From Pseudovirgaria hyperparasitica (lineage: Eukaryota), in assembly GCA_010093815.1 (NCBI GenBank), contig ML996575.1: a stretch of DNA of 64,000 bases; one strand, written 5' to 3'. The translations under genes were made by a program, and so were the position numbers. The notes beneath the pieces were generated by a model. The model searched no databases. It was not told the origin of the DNA and saw only the letters and a list, made by a program, of their open reading frames with translations. This document shows positions 38,272 to 51,400 of this stretch, piece after piece (position 1 is the first letter of the stretch; every line of letters begins with the position of its first letter).

Positions 38272-41200
38272 ATGTCCGATATCCAACTCTACCTCCTAGA
38301 GTATGACAAGAGCAAGAAGGAAGCCAACCGCGTAGCCCAAGGATCTGCTGAGAGTATGCAAATACCCCGCCAAACCCCCGCGTCCATAGGGCTGATTGAG
38401 AAAAGAGTTGCAGAACAAGCAATTGAAACTTATAGATTTGATCGAAAGCCTCGCAGAATATATCAACAATGATGAGCCGGCTACGAGGGGCAGGAGTATG
38501 TTCTACTTGCGTCCAGAACTTGATAAGAGGTCTTTTGACTGATCGCATCGCCAGCTATGTCCTACCTCGCCGAGGTGCTCGAAGCCATGCCTCCAAAAGT
38601 CCTTTCGTTGCAACAACGTACGTACACGAAACGCGTGCTACTCTCGAACAGGGATACCAAGATGCTAAGGATGTATAGGGGGCCTTTTGTGCGACTTCAT
38701 CCTGTCGCGCATCGTAGATGATACTGAGGGCATAGGATCGTGTGCCAAAGGACTGCTTGCTCTTGAAGAACGAGGACAATGGGACAGTGCAAGAGCTTCT
38801 GGAGTGATGACGACGTATGTGATACGATAGAATCTGTCGGCATTGTGCTAACACTTGGTCAGACTCATAGACCATACAAACCCGGTACGGCAATTTCGAA
38901 CACAGAGCGAGAGATACCCTATAGTGCAATTAGTAGATAGACTGATGGCGAAATATAGAGATGGTAACTTTCGCCTTTATTGTTGGCGCCGACGACCTGC
39001 TAATAGGATATAGCGATTAAAAACGTTCATTCAACTACCCCCGATTTCCTGTCCCGGTTTATTTCATACTTTGATGGCGAAAAAGACCCACGAAATCTCA
39101 TGATAGTTTTCTCAATTTTGAAGGTTCCGATGACGGAATGGGATACTGGAAAAGATACTCAGGTGCGATATGAAGGTATTCTTTGGTCTTTTTCTGGCTA
39201 ATATAGGACAGGATTTGTTTGACGCCGTATTCAATTATTTTCCTATCACTTTCAAGCCACCGCCCGATGATCCTTATGGCATCACGGCCCAGGATTTGAA
39301 AGACCGGTTGCGAGATTGTATAGCTTCCACATCTGTATTTGCTCCTTATTCTTTCCCGGCCTTACTGGACAAATTGGATTCCACCTCATTGAACACAAAG
39401 GTATGAAGCTTGAAAGTCCAAGGCGAAAGTCCGACTGACATATTTGTAGCGAGATGTCTTGTCGACACTGCGTGCTTGCATATCAAACTATGGTTTCCAG
39501 ACAATATCATTATATGCAATCACTCTATGGGACGCGCTCAAATTCGAGATACTGAATGTCCAGGAAGAGGATCTCGCTACAGAGTCATTGAATTGTCTGG
39601 CTGGTATTGCCAGGCAGCTTTCACTAGGAACACAGTCGCAGCTGAATGCTTATCTGGGCCCAATCATCAAAGAATGTAACCAACACCTGGAGGACGCCCC
39701 TACAAAGCAGTCTTCATCCTCCGGGCGGATAGTCAAGAGCGTAGCGGCTACGACTCCACAAGCAACCAACACAGTCATCTCAGGCATTGTACCGACTTTC
39801 TTCAGCCTATATCATACTGCTGACAACTTCCCGAAGCGGAGGGGGCTGTTGGAAGTTTTCGGTAGTATCATGAAAGCCGACATCGAAGTGTATGGAGATT
39901 GGCGCTCCATGCATAGTCTGCGTTTTGGCGATGACATCGCTGAGAAACCCCCAAATGCATTTGTAGAATATGGCGAGCAAGCTCTGCATCTCATGAGCAG
40001 TGATCTATCGTCCGCACCTGTCAAAGAAGTATCGTTCCGGCTTACAGCTCTCGATGGCCTCCTGCAGCTCAGTAGGATCCGGGAGATGTTGAGTGACGAT
40101 CAGATATCTTCATTGGTTATTGACTTTTCTAACGTTGTTGTCACTGAGGAGTCGTACGGCAAAGATGAGCTCAAAACCGCCGCCATTAGTGCTCTCGTTG
40201 AGATCGCTCATCAGAAACCCCAACTCGTCATTGACAAAGCATTTCCTACATTCTTGGCAAACCTGCCCGACACCGATACTGGAGCGACAACGAAATATGT
40301 TCCAGTCCTCGAAGCTTTCGCGAAACTTGCAGATGAGGACAAGCTGTTTCAGACGGTCATAATACGGCTGAAGAGTAAATTGAAGGCTGCAGTTCATCAA
40401 CAAGCATCGACGAAGTTCCTCTGCGATCTTCTGACTGCAGTCTTTTTTGCATTTACCCATCGAGCCAAGAAAATGGACATCGAAGTCAACGCGACACATT
40501 ATACCGATCTGGTTCTCCCTCTCCTCTCACAGATAACAGACTCTCAAGATCAACACAACTCCTCTCTCCAATCGGAGCCTGTACTGGATCTGGTGGGACG
40601 TATTTGCGGTACCATCATACGACCATTACCATTGACAGTGCATATCTCGATGTCTAAGGAGGCCTTCACTCTATTCCGGGGTGTCACTAACGAATCAGTC
40701 CCTCCCTTCTCGTCTACATTCGGCGCTGAACAAAGATATATGATCGTAACGACACAAGTGCTGGCTTCTTTGTGCAAGGAAGCATCACCGCCGATTAAGC
40801 TCGATGATATGGTGACGGCACTAGTAAAGTTCTGCTTAGCAGAGAGTGTTACGAGCGGGGTGAGAGCCGCAGCACTGAAGCAGCTGTCACTCGTTATTAA
40901 CAAGTTCATACCGAATGCAGAACTTGCAAAAACTTTAGAACCGGTACTATATGCTCCAATGGAGCTTCTAACTTCTGCGAAGTTGAATAGCCAGTCCATT
41001 CGTGTTGTGTTTGCTATTGTCAAAGGTCTGATACTGCGCAATAGCAGCTTACTGAACAAAACACTGCCGTCACTGTTAGAAGCTCTGTCGAACATCGACT
41101 ATGGACGAACGATCGCGCGAGGCTTCAGCACTCTTCTGCAACCAGACGACCTGCTCACCAAGGAGAATTATTGCACCGTATCTGGCCTGCACAAGCAAAA

Positions 41201-41714
41201 GACGTTCAACATGCTCGTCCCTCCAATCGCAGCGTCCTTCCGCGCCGCAAACGCCGCGACGAAGACTAACTACCTCATCGCCGTCGCCGGACTGCTTCGC
41301 TATCTGCCCTACAACATCCTCTCGCACGACCTCTCATCGCTCACGCCTCTCCTTCTGCAGTCCCTCGACCTACCGGTAGAGGAAGCGTATGTCAAAGAAG
41401 CCAGCATCGGCAACATAATCGACATCCTGACGCACAACCCAGCCGCCATTGAGGAACATGCAAACAGCGTCATCACACGACTGCTGAGTACGACGGACCA
41501 GAAGAGCAACCCGACTCAGGTGCGGGCTGTGGCGCTCATATGCCTGGCCACAATTCCGGGCAGTCTAAAGCAAGAGACGACAATCCCGCTTCGCAGACAG
41601 GTGGTCAAGCGGCTGACGGCAGCGCTGGATGACGGCAAGCGATCGGTCCGGAGCGAAGCGGTGAGATGCAGAAGTAAGTGGCTCGACTTGGACGAGGAGG
41701 ATGAGGAGGAGTAG
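38272..41714 (+). CDS. MET18: MMS19/Met18, HEAT-repeat CIA targeting factor for cytosolic Fe-S assembly
   Basis: About 7 short 5' introns. Signature FDGEKDPRNL and YFPITFKPPPDDPYGIT; C-terminal ALDDGKRSVRSEAVRCRSKW. Confidence 0.93.
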
Positions 41715-44071
41715 GTAGGTAGGTAAACAGTTGGACTGCCCAATGACATGTAGTTAGATCGGAGCAGGATCTACGAAACTGTTTCGAAAACGTATGAGAG
41801 TCCGAAGTGACACAGCCGCGCAATACTACCGTATATTAACAAATTCATATTATGCCAACGAGCGATACAGAGCAGACGGTCGATGCGACGACACGTAGAA
41901 GCGAAACCTGCAAACTTGCAAATACACATACATACATACGCCACCGAAGACGAAAAAAACTCAAAAAAACAAAACAAACAGGACTCCTTTGTCATGGCAA
42001 TCTATCTGACATACATTAACAGAGTTCGTAGCCAGCAGTCTGTCTGACCACTGTTTCCCAGACATTCATGCACGCCCATCCCACGGGCAGCCCAGATTCA
42101 TGCGTTAAGTTAGAGCGAGCGCACGTTTCCCCTCTAGCACCTCCGACCCAACACAAAATTCGTGATGACGTATGTCGTCGGGAGGGGGAGCCCAGGCGAG
42201 TTCTGAATTTTTTCCGAAGACAGAACATGCACGGGCACGCAGAGAGTCTCCTGAGGTATAGACAATATTGCCAAAGGATGTATCTACGAAAAGTATTTGA
42301 CTACGATAAATTGATCATGACGATGACGATAATAGTGAATCCTACACCTCTATATGTCAAACAGTCAAAACATGAATGCCGGGCGGGTAGTTATTAGCGT
42401 AGGATGCAGTGCTAGACTCCTTTGTGATCGTTGGCTATTGTCCGTCTGTGCTGTGGGAGAAATACGCGGCTCCACACAAGATATTAGGCCCAGGCCGGAG
42501 ATATAGCAACGATAAACTACTAACTAATACAAACTTTCGGCGGCTGTTTTGGAGTATCTACATGGCTAGGACCTCTATAGGACCGACAGGGCGGCCAAGG
42601 TGGAGGTGATCAGGGGGCTGCGCCGAAAGCTGAGGCAAAGTTCAAACGGACGGGCCCCACCTGCATGTGCCACAAGTGTAAATGCCACAGACAAGGAATC
42701 GCGTCACGTGGATGTTATGATTGCGGCCAACGGGCGATGCAAGGGAGAGAGATAGAGAGAATGGAGAAGTCGGAGAATGGAAAAGTGGTGGCGCGTTATG
42801 GTTTGGTATTCTGCAGGAGGTGTGATACAAAGGATTAGTGTGACTGGGAGGAGTCACACAGTCTTGTGTTGTGGATGAGGAGAGGGATTGTGGATGAGTG
42901 GGTGAGGGAGGCTGTTTTGTGGGCGGCGGTTGAGGATACGCGACCAGCGAGCGGTAGATGCAGAATCTCCAGGGTTGACGGGCCCACTTGATCGATCCAT
43001 CGTCCGTCCATCCCATCCCATTCATTGTGCTGGAATCCATGAGGACTGGATTGTTCAAGTGATTAATTAACAATTAATAAGTAGGAGAGTCCCTTGTTTC
43101 AGCACGTGGCAGCCAATCATGGCCGCCTCCTCGTGCGGGTCTCTAATTTCTCCGGGCGCGCACTGTCGGGTGTCAAACGACAGGCACAGCAACACAGCAA
43201 CACAGCACTCACTCTGGAGGTTCCTCATACTCTAACCTCCTCACGTCTCCAGATTACCGAATCCTCCTCGGGTCCTTTGTCGTTGCAGATGCCGCAGTCC
43301 ACAGCGCCCTTGCGGAAACCGTGCCTGTAACACCCAATCACCCGCTGTCATACCTTCTCCCACAATACACGCTCAGATGGTAATTAGTTGTAAGAAGTAC
43401 GTCCAAGAAGCAGCAGCTTCGGGAGTGGGCCACGGCATGATTCGAGGTACGCAACCGCCCACCGCCACGGACTACCTTGGTACAGATCTGCGGTAATCAT
43501 CGTTGGCTGGGCGTGTAAGGGCATAAGAGAACCACGGTTTGGCTTTCGCGTGGTGGCCGCCGACATGTTTCAGCGGCCTGTGGGTCATCCAGAGATGAGA
43601 GTCGTGTGTAGCTCCAGCATTGGTGGTGCGTAGTGGGCCGCATCTTAAACCCTTTTGTTTGTCCTCCCTTATTACTTCTCTTCATTTCTGCTATCGACCA
43701 ACTCGTTTTCCTTGCTGGTACAAGTTCTCGCACCCGGCCTTTTTCTGTTCCACACTCTCTCTACACACTTCTTCTTTTCTTCGAATCTTTGCCTGCGCAG
43801 GTTTCGACTATTCCTTTGGCATTGCCTAGAACGGACTAGCTCCCATTCCACTTCATTGTTTACTCTCGCTCTCTCTCTCTCTTTCTTTTTGATATTCTCT
43901 TCAAACTCCTGGCCTCCGCGAGCGCCTATATTCGAGTATACTTCGCCTTAACTAGATAATCTGCTATACTCTTCCGTTTAGCCTTCATTCTGGTTCCCGT
44001 CGTATCACTCCGTTCAAATTAAATCACTGTTCTTGACCGCTACGACCACAAAATCGCACTTAACCTCGAAG

Positions 44072-44428
44072 GTGTGTACTCTATTTTCTATTACTTTCTA
44101 TCTCTATTGTATTATGTCTGCTGTGGCTGTATCTGTCTATAACATACCTCGTGTCGTTGCACAATGTCGTGCCTGGCGAGATATTCACCCCGCCAATCTA
44201 GTCAAGTTCGCACTTGCCTGCACAATGCTACCGTGACTGCACCATTGCTGCCAACACTACCTCCCTCCTTACTCTTCTCTTCTCTCTACACTCTCTCTTC
44301 CCAGCATTGTCTTGTGGCTCACCGCTGTCCATTCGTTGTCTATAAGACCGGTCTGGTCTCCACATTCGCTGTATCTACGTCTACAAGTCCCAACCGAGAA
44401 GAGCGTTCTACTGACACTCCGATTCCAG
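44072..44428 (+). other. Probable 5'UTR intron of the S8 protease gene
   Basis: AAG|GTGTGT donor at 44072 and ACTGAC branch..CCAG acceptor at 44428, inside a long pyrimidine-rich leader. Confidence 0.45.
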
Positions 44429-44540
44429 AGCTCTTCTTGTCTGACTCGCAGACTTCACGCTCCTTTCTCTTCAGAGGTCCAACGCCTCCTAAAATCTCCT
44501 TTAGAAGACCTCGGTGTCTTCGCAATCCGTCGTTCTCAAC

Positions 44541-46058
44541 ATGCGCTTCTCCATTGCCGCATCGACCTTCTCTTTGCTCTTCACGAGCGCAGTGTTTACT
44601 GCCCCTACCGGTACATTTGGCTCTGATGGTGCTGGCAACGAACCTGGCCTTGACGCCGATATTCACAGCAATCACGCCGAAGACACGCCTTCCACCACCG
44701 AAACCGTTCCGACTGGCACAATCGAACCTGCAGCCCATGCAACTGGCGGCAAGGAGTATGTGGTCATCTTCGATGTTGACAAACCAACCCCTCCCGGCGT
44801 TGAAGAGGTCCTGGCTCAACTCAATCTCTCCTCCTCGCATGACGATGTCAAGTACACCTTCGAGAATAGCGCGTTCCGTGGCTTCGTAGCTTCCATGAAG
44901 AGCCATTGTCTGGACCTACTCGACCAGAACCCCGATGTCTCCATGGTCGAACAGTCCGTGCATATCAGCTCCCTCAGTAGTCGTGCAAAGTCGCCATGGG
45001 GTCTCCAGCGTGTATCCTCCGCCACTACTCCTAGCGGCAACCCCCAGGACTCTACCTTCACCTACAACTTCAACGGAGCGGACTCCACTCAGGGCAAGGG
45101 CGTCGACATCTACATTGTCGACTCGGGCGTCAATGTCGACCACCAAGCCTTTGGAGGTCGTGCAAAGGTCGGTTTCACCTTCGACGGCGACAATACAGAT
45201 GGCGATGGGCACGGCACTCACGTTGCTGGAACGGCAGCGGCTGACTACTTTGGTGTGGCCTCTGGTGCGAATATCTGGGCGGTGAAAGTGCTTGGTGCCG
45301 ACGGGGCTGGAAGCTCGTCTGCCACTCTCGCGGGCATGAACTGGGTCATAAATCATAATGAGGCCCGCAAGAAAGAGGAGGGTTATGTAGGTGCAGTTAT
45401 GAGCATGTCGTGGGGTCTTGGGTCCATCTCGACAGCGGTCGACACAGCTATCAAAACGGCCGTAGGGAACGGGATCCACGCGTCCGTAGCGGCAGGAAAC
45501 AATGCTGTGGACTCTTGCTCTGCCTCTCCATCCTCATCTGGTGGCGCCAAAGGTCCTGCAATCACCGTCGGCAGCATGGACATCTCGAACAAGATCTCCA
45601 AATTCTCAAACTCGGGCGCTTGTAATGACGTCTACGCGCCTGGCGAGAACATTCTGTCCACATGGAATACTGCGAACAACATGATCAACTTCCTCTCTGG
45701 CACCAGCATGGCGTGTCCTCACGTCACCGGTGTCATCGCTTACCTCATGGGTGAGCACAAAGACCTTGCGCGAGACCCCGCGGCTATGAAAGCCTACCTC
45801 GCTCAGCATGGCCTGCCCGATGTCGCTACTGGGAAGACCCAGAGTGGCGATGCAAAGATCCTCGTCAACAACGAGCAGAGAGGCGGAAGCTCGAAAACCA
45901 AGCGCTCAACGACAATGCGCATCCGTGATGAGGTCATGGGGCCGGTGTCGACGGTGAAACACTGGGCAGCCAGAGCAATGAGCATGATGAAGAGGTCCGA
46001 AGAGGTGGAGTTCATTCTGAAGCAGGCTCTTCCAGATGGCGTTCAGCTTCGTGTTTAG
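44541..46058 (+). CDS. Secreted subtilisin-like S8A (proteinase K family) serine protease with I9 propeptide
   Basis: Signal peptide, I9-like YVVIF prodomain, catalytic IVDSG / HGTHVAG / GTSMACPHV, oxyanion AAGN, and a C-terminal extension. Coding region has no intron. Confidence 0.95.
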   Translation: MRFSIAASTFSLLFTSAVFTAPTGTFGSDGAGNEPGLDADIHSNHAEDTPSTTETVPTGTIEPAAHATGGKEYVVIFDVDKPTPPGVEEVLAQLNLSSSHDDVKYTFENSAFRGFVASMKSHCLDLLDQNPDVSMVEQSVHISSLSSRAKSPWGLQRVSSATTPSGNPQDSTFTYNFNGADSTQGKGVDIYIVDSGVNVDHQAFGGRAKVGFTFDGDNTDGDGHGTHVAGTAAADYFGVASGANIWAVKVLGADGAGSSSATLAGMNWVINHNEARKKEEGYVGAVMSMSWGLGSISTAVDTAIKTAVGNGIHASVAAGNNAVDSCSASPSSSGGAKGPAITVGSMDISNKISKFSNSGACNDVYAPGENILSTWNTANNMINFLSGTSMACPHVTGVIAYLMGEHKDLARDPAAMKAYLAQHGLPDVATGKTQSGDAKILVNNEQRGGSSKTKRSTTMRIRDEVMGPVSTVKHWAARAMSMMKRSEEVEFILKQALPDGVQLRV

Positions 46059-46879
46059 AGCGTGGCCCAGATCTGTGCATTCTCTTTCTCTTATTTGCGT
46101 TCCGGAAGCGATATCCCGTATCTATTACTTTCTTGTGCATAACTTGGCTTGTTATCCACCAGCTCTGCTGAGCGCGAGCTTTAATGTCTCTGTCAGGGTC
46201 AAAGACCGTCATTTAGAACTTGTTGATCAACATGGGGATGAGATGAGAGCATATTGTGATGTCCTATGAATAGAATATTTGCATGATGGTAGCGCCCGGT
46301 TTGGTAGCTATAATAGTAGACATGCATGATGTTGCGAGCAATTGACAGGCTGTAATCAGTGGCTTCAAGTGAGACGCGCGCAATTGACATTTCGAGATTT
46401 CCTCGTAAGAGTGGTGAACCAGACGTAATGACGTATTGACGTGCTGAAGTACTAATTGGACTGCACACACCCAATATCTGGGTAACAGCTATTAGAATTT
46501 CAATAAAGCTCTGAAAGTTCGCAAAGATTCACTAACCAACCCACCCATTTATATTTCAAGTAAAAGTTGGGTAATCATCGGTCAATCGGTTGCCGGGATT
46601 CATTAGATACTTACATGTCGACCAGGCGGTCGTAGGGAATCGAGAGAGTACGAACGTCCGGGTTCGGATCTGCCCTTCGGTATGGTGCTTCTGTTTTATG
46701 GTTCTTTTTGAACTCCAGGTTCCCTTGTGCCTGAGGCAGTACATATTGCACTAGTCCCACTTTTTTTCGAAATCTTGGCACGCCAGATATCGATAAGCAA
46801 CTTTGCAAGGGAAAAAAGTTATCTCAGCGCGGCAACACACCTCCACCTTATAATCATACACAGTCGACGAACCAGCACC

Positions 46880-47952
46880 ATGAGTCTACAAAAAGTGTAC
46901 GTATTACACTTCACCTCTCTCTCGCACCAATACAGTTTGCCTTCTAACCCTACCCCAGCAAACCGCGCAACGCGCGCACCAAGCGCATCCTTGAAAAGCG
47001 CGACCCGCAAATCCACGAAAACCCCAAGACAACGCTGTTCCTCAAAGGCACCTCCTGCTCCTCTCTCGCTTCGCTCGTCCTCACAGACCTCCACTCACTC
47101 AAGCGGCCGCAAGCCATAAAGTTCACCAAAAAGAACGCCATCCACCCCTTCGACGATGCCTCCTCGCTCGAGTTTTTCAGCGCCAAAAACGACGCCGCCC
47201 TACTCCTCTTCGGCAACTCGTCCAAGAAGCGCCCGCATAGCATCACGCTCGCACGCATGTTCGACCATGCCTTGCTCGACATGCTCGAGCTGCTCGTCGT
47301 GCCCGACACGCTGCGCACCCTGGCACAGTTCAAGACCCGCAAGCCTGCCGTCGGGCTCAGGCCCCTGCTTGCCTTTTCAGGGGCTGCGTTTGAGAGTCCC
47401 GTTGCATCGCCGTATACCCTGGCGCGCAGCCTGTTTATCGATCTGCTGCGCGGCGAGGAGGCTGCCGGCAAGGTCGACGTAGCCGGGCTGCAGTACCTGG
47501 TGCACATCAGCACGGCGGAAGCTGGGAGCGATGCAGGAGAGATGCCGCCGATTCATTTCCGCGTGTATTTGCTGAGCACGAAGCGTGCGGGTGGCAAGGT
47601 GCCGCGTGTGGAGGTCGAGGAGATGGGTCCGAGGATTGATTTCCGTGTGGGCAGGACGCGGGTGGCGGAGCCGGATATGATGAAGGAGGCGCTTAAGACC
47701 CCAAAGGGCCTGGAGGCGCGCGCCAAGAAGAATGTCGAGACGGATTTGATGGGTGATAAGGTTGGTAGGATTCATATGGGCAAGCAGGATCTGGGCAAGA
47801 TGCAGACGCGCAAGATGAAGGGCTTGAAGAGGGGCAGGGAGGAGTTTGAGGGCGAGGACGCGGCGACCATGGTTGGTGATACTGGTGATGGCATTGACGG
47901 TGATGAGGAGGACGGCGGTGTGCCGGTGGGTAAGAAGGAGAGGGTAGCGTAG
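46880..47952 (+). CDS. RPF2: Ribosome biogenesis Brix-domain protein Rpf2
   Basis: MSLQKV|KPRNARTKRILEKRDPQIHENPK (intron 46897-46958), KKNAIHPFDD, SKKRPH, EMGPRIDF and GDKVGRIHMGKQDLGKMQTRKMKGLK. Confidence 0.95.
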
Positions 47953-48397
47953 TACTGAAGCGTGTGTGCGTGAGTGAGATGGAGCATTGTCCGGCGTTTT
48001 TCAGTGAAGGCAAAATCTACAATTATAAGGGATCCATGTATTCTCGGCGTTCTGGCACTGTCATAGTAGGAGCTCCTCTGTATGCATCGCTCGTAGTCCT
48101 GCAGCTACTACCTACCATATCTACCTCCTTCATTGCTCCTCGTCTATTACTCTCACATAAACCACGGCCCCCCTCTCGAGCGGCGCAGTCTGATGAACCA
48201 GAAACACCCACTCCATTCTTCCATACCCATGACTACGTTGGATCCATCCCCGCACAAGACGCACATAGTGACCGTCGTTGCTCTTGTCTCCCAAGCCAAG
48301 TAAGAAATACCTCTACACCACAGACACACCCAAGTTATGTCTTGCTACTATCATACCTCCCCTCTCCCCTTGGTATATACTGATTTGGTTGGTGGTG

Positions 48398-48418
48398 GTG
48401 TGTGTGTGTGTGTGTGTG
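48398..48418. repeat. (GT)10 microsatellite
   Basis: gtgtgtgtgtgtgtgtgtgtg, read directly. Confidence 0.9.
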
Positions 48419-51400
48419 GCATCGTACTGTATACAATATTATATGATTTGGATATAACGAGTGGCAGCAGAGACCACGGGTAATGACAATTCAGCTAATC
48501 TGGATAGTCTGAACAGACTGAATATCTCACATAGTGCATATTAATCATATTAGTCGGTATGTACATTCCGTTTCTACGTGTGGTTTTTACACTAGGTTGA
48601 TATGTATTAGCTTGATATAGATGTGGTGTGCGGGAGATGTAGTATCAATGGAATTTCAGTCTATGTAGGGAGTCGTATAGAGTAGTGGAATAGCTGTTCA
48701 TCCAAGATTATGTTGATATGGGCTTGGGTTGGGTTTGTGTTCGTGTTAGGCATTATGTCAGTCGTTGGACTGTTCGTCATACTCTCCTCATTGAGAAGAA
48801 ATGAGACGAAACAAACTCACAACGAAACGCAGCCCAATATACCGCACAACGTTATCATTGCAGCCATCACAGCCATTGAAACACTCCCGCTCGATATACA
48901 ATAGCTCCCCTTTCCGTGTTCGCCTTCAGCTCTAACGATTTTCAATATCAGCATCAGCAGCACTAACAGCACTATCAGCATCATCACCAGCCCTGTATGC
49001 CTACATTGATATTCTTGACTAGCTAGCGAGCCATGGTCTGTATCACGCTAGATTCTGATTCCTAGGTACATCGGGAGAGAACTTCAGGGGGTTTCAGAAG
49101 GGGCAGCAGTAGTAGTGTCTTCGAGTTATCCCATCTATTCGTTACATTACAAAAACACATACCGTCCCACGCAAGGCATGAAGAGTGTACGTGCAGAGAC
49201 CAAACATCCAAAATTCAGGATCCCAACTCTCAACTTCTCAAGGATGAACCAGACATATTACAAGGTGAAGATAGGTCGGCTAGTATAGAGCAGGAATAAG
49301 AGCGTGATATCCGTCATCCAGTAGTGCTATCTCCAATAGTAAGCTCTTGCACATGTGGTCTGTGTCGCGATTTGAGTAGAGTAGCTGTTTATGTGTACTG
49401 CCTGTTCCGATCGCCTGTCCTCTCCTCCGTGTTCGCGGATAGCTATATGTACAGGTATGCACGTATGAGGCGTCTCCACGGGAAGTACCCGGCCCATGCG
49501 GTATGCGAGTGACATATGAGCTCTTAGGACTGATGCAGTGTGATGCATAAGTCTGCATGCCTTTATCTTCCCACTGCTCATACGTCTGTTTGAAGTTATT
49601 CGTTTTTTTCCCCGCAAGTTTTCAAGCCTTTGTTCTTACGTCAAACCCTGGATATCTACAGCTTTACCTTATCTTGCAAAAAGGCATCTGTGCTATCTAT
49701 ATGGTCACCTATGCAGCATAGGATGTTGTACCTGCATGGTAGAGTGGTACAATGGCGGTACCTGTAGTTGAAGGGACGCTTAAGGGGATGATACTGAGAG
49801 AGTAGGTGAGATGTGGATGTGGACAGGGAGTTAGAGAGATAGATAGAGGGGGAGAGATAGTGTGATTTGAGTTATGGAAGCAGAGAGGAAGAGGATAGGA
49901 AAAGAGATTTCTGTGTTTTTTTAGCAGAAGACTATACAAAGGAGATTATGATTACGAGCCTATTCACTTTTTGCTAAGATTATGTACTTCCTTCATAGAC
50001 AGGTACATGTCCACCACCCTCACGACTTCACAACCACTACTACTACCACCTACACTTCATCCGTCCATGGTTCCACTCCAACGCTACAGCATGGCTGGCA
50101 AGATGCATGTTTCCGGTCTCTCTCACATATCCTCTTCTCATACGTCCTGACAAACCACAGCCCAACTACCAGCAACGCACACGATTATGAGCACTCATTG
50201 GCTCCTAGGTAGGTAAATGCGTGATATAGATATGCAAGGTGGCTACCAGTGTTTTGGTGGGTCCCAAAGTCGATCAAGGGATGGTCTGATGATTGCCCTT
50301 ATTAGGACGCGGAATGTTGTTGTGCTATAGTGGTTTCGTAGGATATGGCGCCATGGGTAGTCAAAGTCGGATATGAGACTACCTAGAAACGCCCTTATTT
50401 TGCGGAGATGTTGATTTGTAGTAAGAGAGCTATGACTCTGTGTCGATGTGCAGTTCTATAGGGGAAGGGAGAGGCATAGTCCGTCGAGGACGTCCATTTT
50501 AGTCAGACTCAACGACAGCACCGCTGTGGAGGAGGGCATATCGACACCTCACAGCGATTGTCGTAGATGGCATAGGAGAAAAGACGTCGGTTACGAGTGT
50601 GGGAGGTCCAGATTGCGTGGTAGTAGTCCAGGTCTCTTATCGTCGGCTGTATGCATTGAATGGGATGTATCGCCGCTTTGTATGCTATGTAAAGACTTCT
50701 CTTATGTGCCATGTGAATTGACTCAGGTAGTCTCTGAAGGAACATATCGTCATGGACTTCCATCTACTATAAGTAATATCTTAAAATCAAGCTTTTGGTA
50801 CTCTTCGTCTCCTTGATCTGTTTTCAGTAATCTATAGGTAAGTGTATGTGTCGTCCGGAGAGGGCTGGTCGTATAGTAGTGACGGTAAGATGACATTGGC
50901 TAGAGTAGTTCTTAATTCTATGATGAGATTAGGGTTCTTTGTAGAGATTATTGCTTGAAGAGTTCGGCATACATGAATAGATCAGTATACGCTCCAACTT
51001 GGTCGACGCTGTGAGCCATGCGCGTCACTAATATAATGAAAAGAGGAAGCGAGAAATCGAAAAAAAAAATAACAGTATATGTACATAACTTCGAAAAATA
51101 GTGTAGAAATCACTGCTACTTCCGAGTCGCGAGATAGGCTCATTAAGCCTATAATAGATGAGTGAAGCAGAGAAGACTTATAATTATTATGAGTTATAGG
51201 AGAGAGATGTATAAGTCGCAAATCAAGCCATCGAACCAGCGTGGAAATGCGCAGGATGGGTCAGGAAACGGATGAGTGCTTGCACATGGTTCGATAAGCA
51301 ACGAGAATGGAAAATAAGACTATTCGCATGCTCTTTCGTGGTGATTATAGCAATCATCACCAACTCAGTCTACGAGCAATACAGCAATGACGAAGACAAT

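Noticed and set aside
10606..41714. JAC1 and MMS19 as an Fe-S gene cluster
   Set aside because: 27 kb apart with many unrelated genes between them, and they act in different compartments.
44164..44906. 241-aa and 188-aa ORFs overlapping the protease 5' end
   Set aside because: Off-frame or antisense readings of the pyrimidine-rich leader and the S8 coding sequence.
50929..50936. TTAGGGTT (AACCCTAA on minus) as a possible telomerase RNA template
   Set aside because: A single 8-mer is expected by chance in 64 kb, and I could not identify a pseudoknot or CR4/5.
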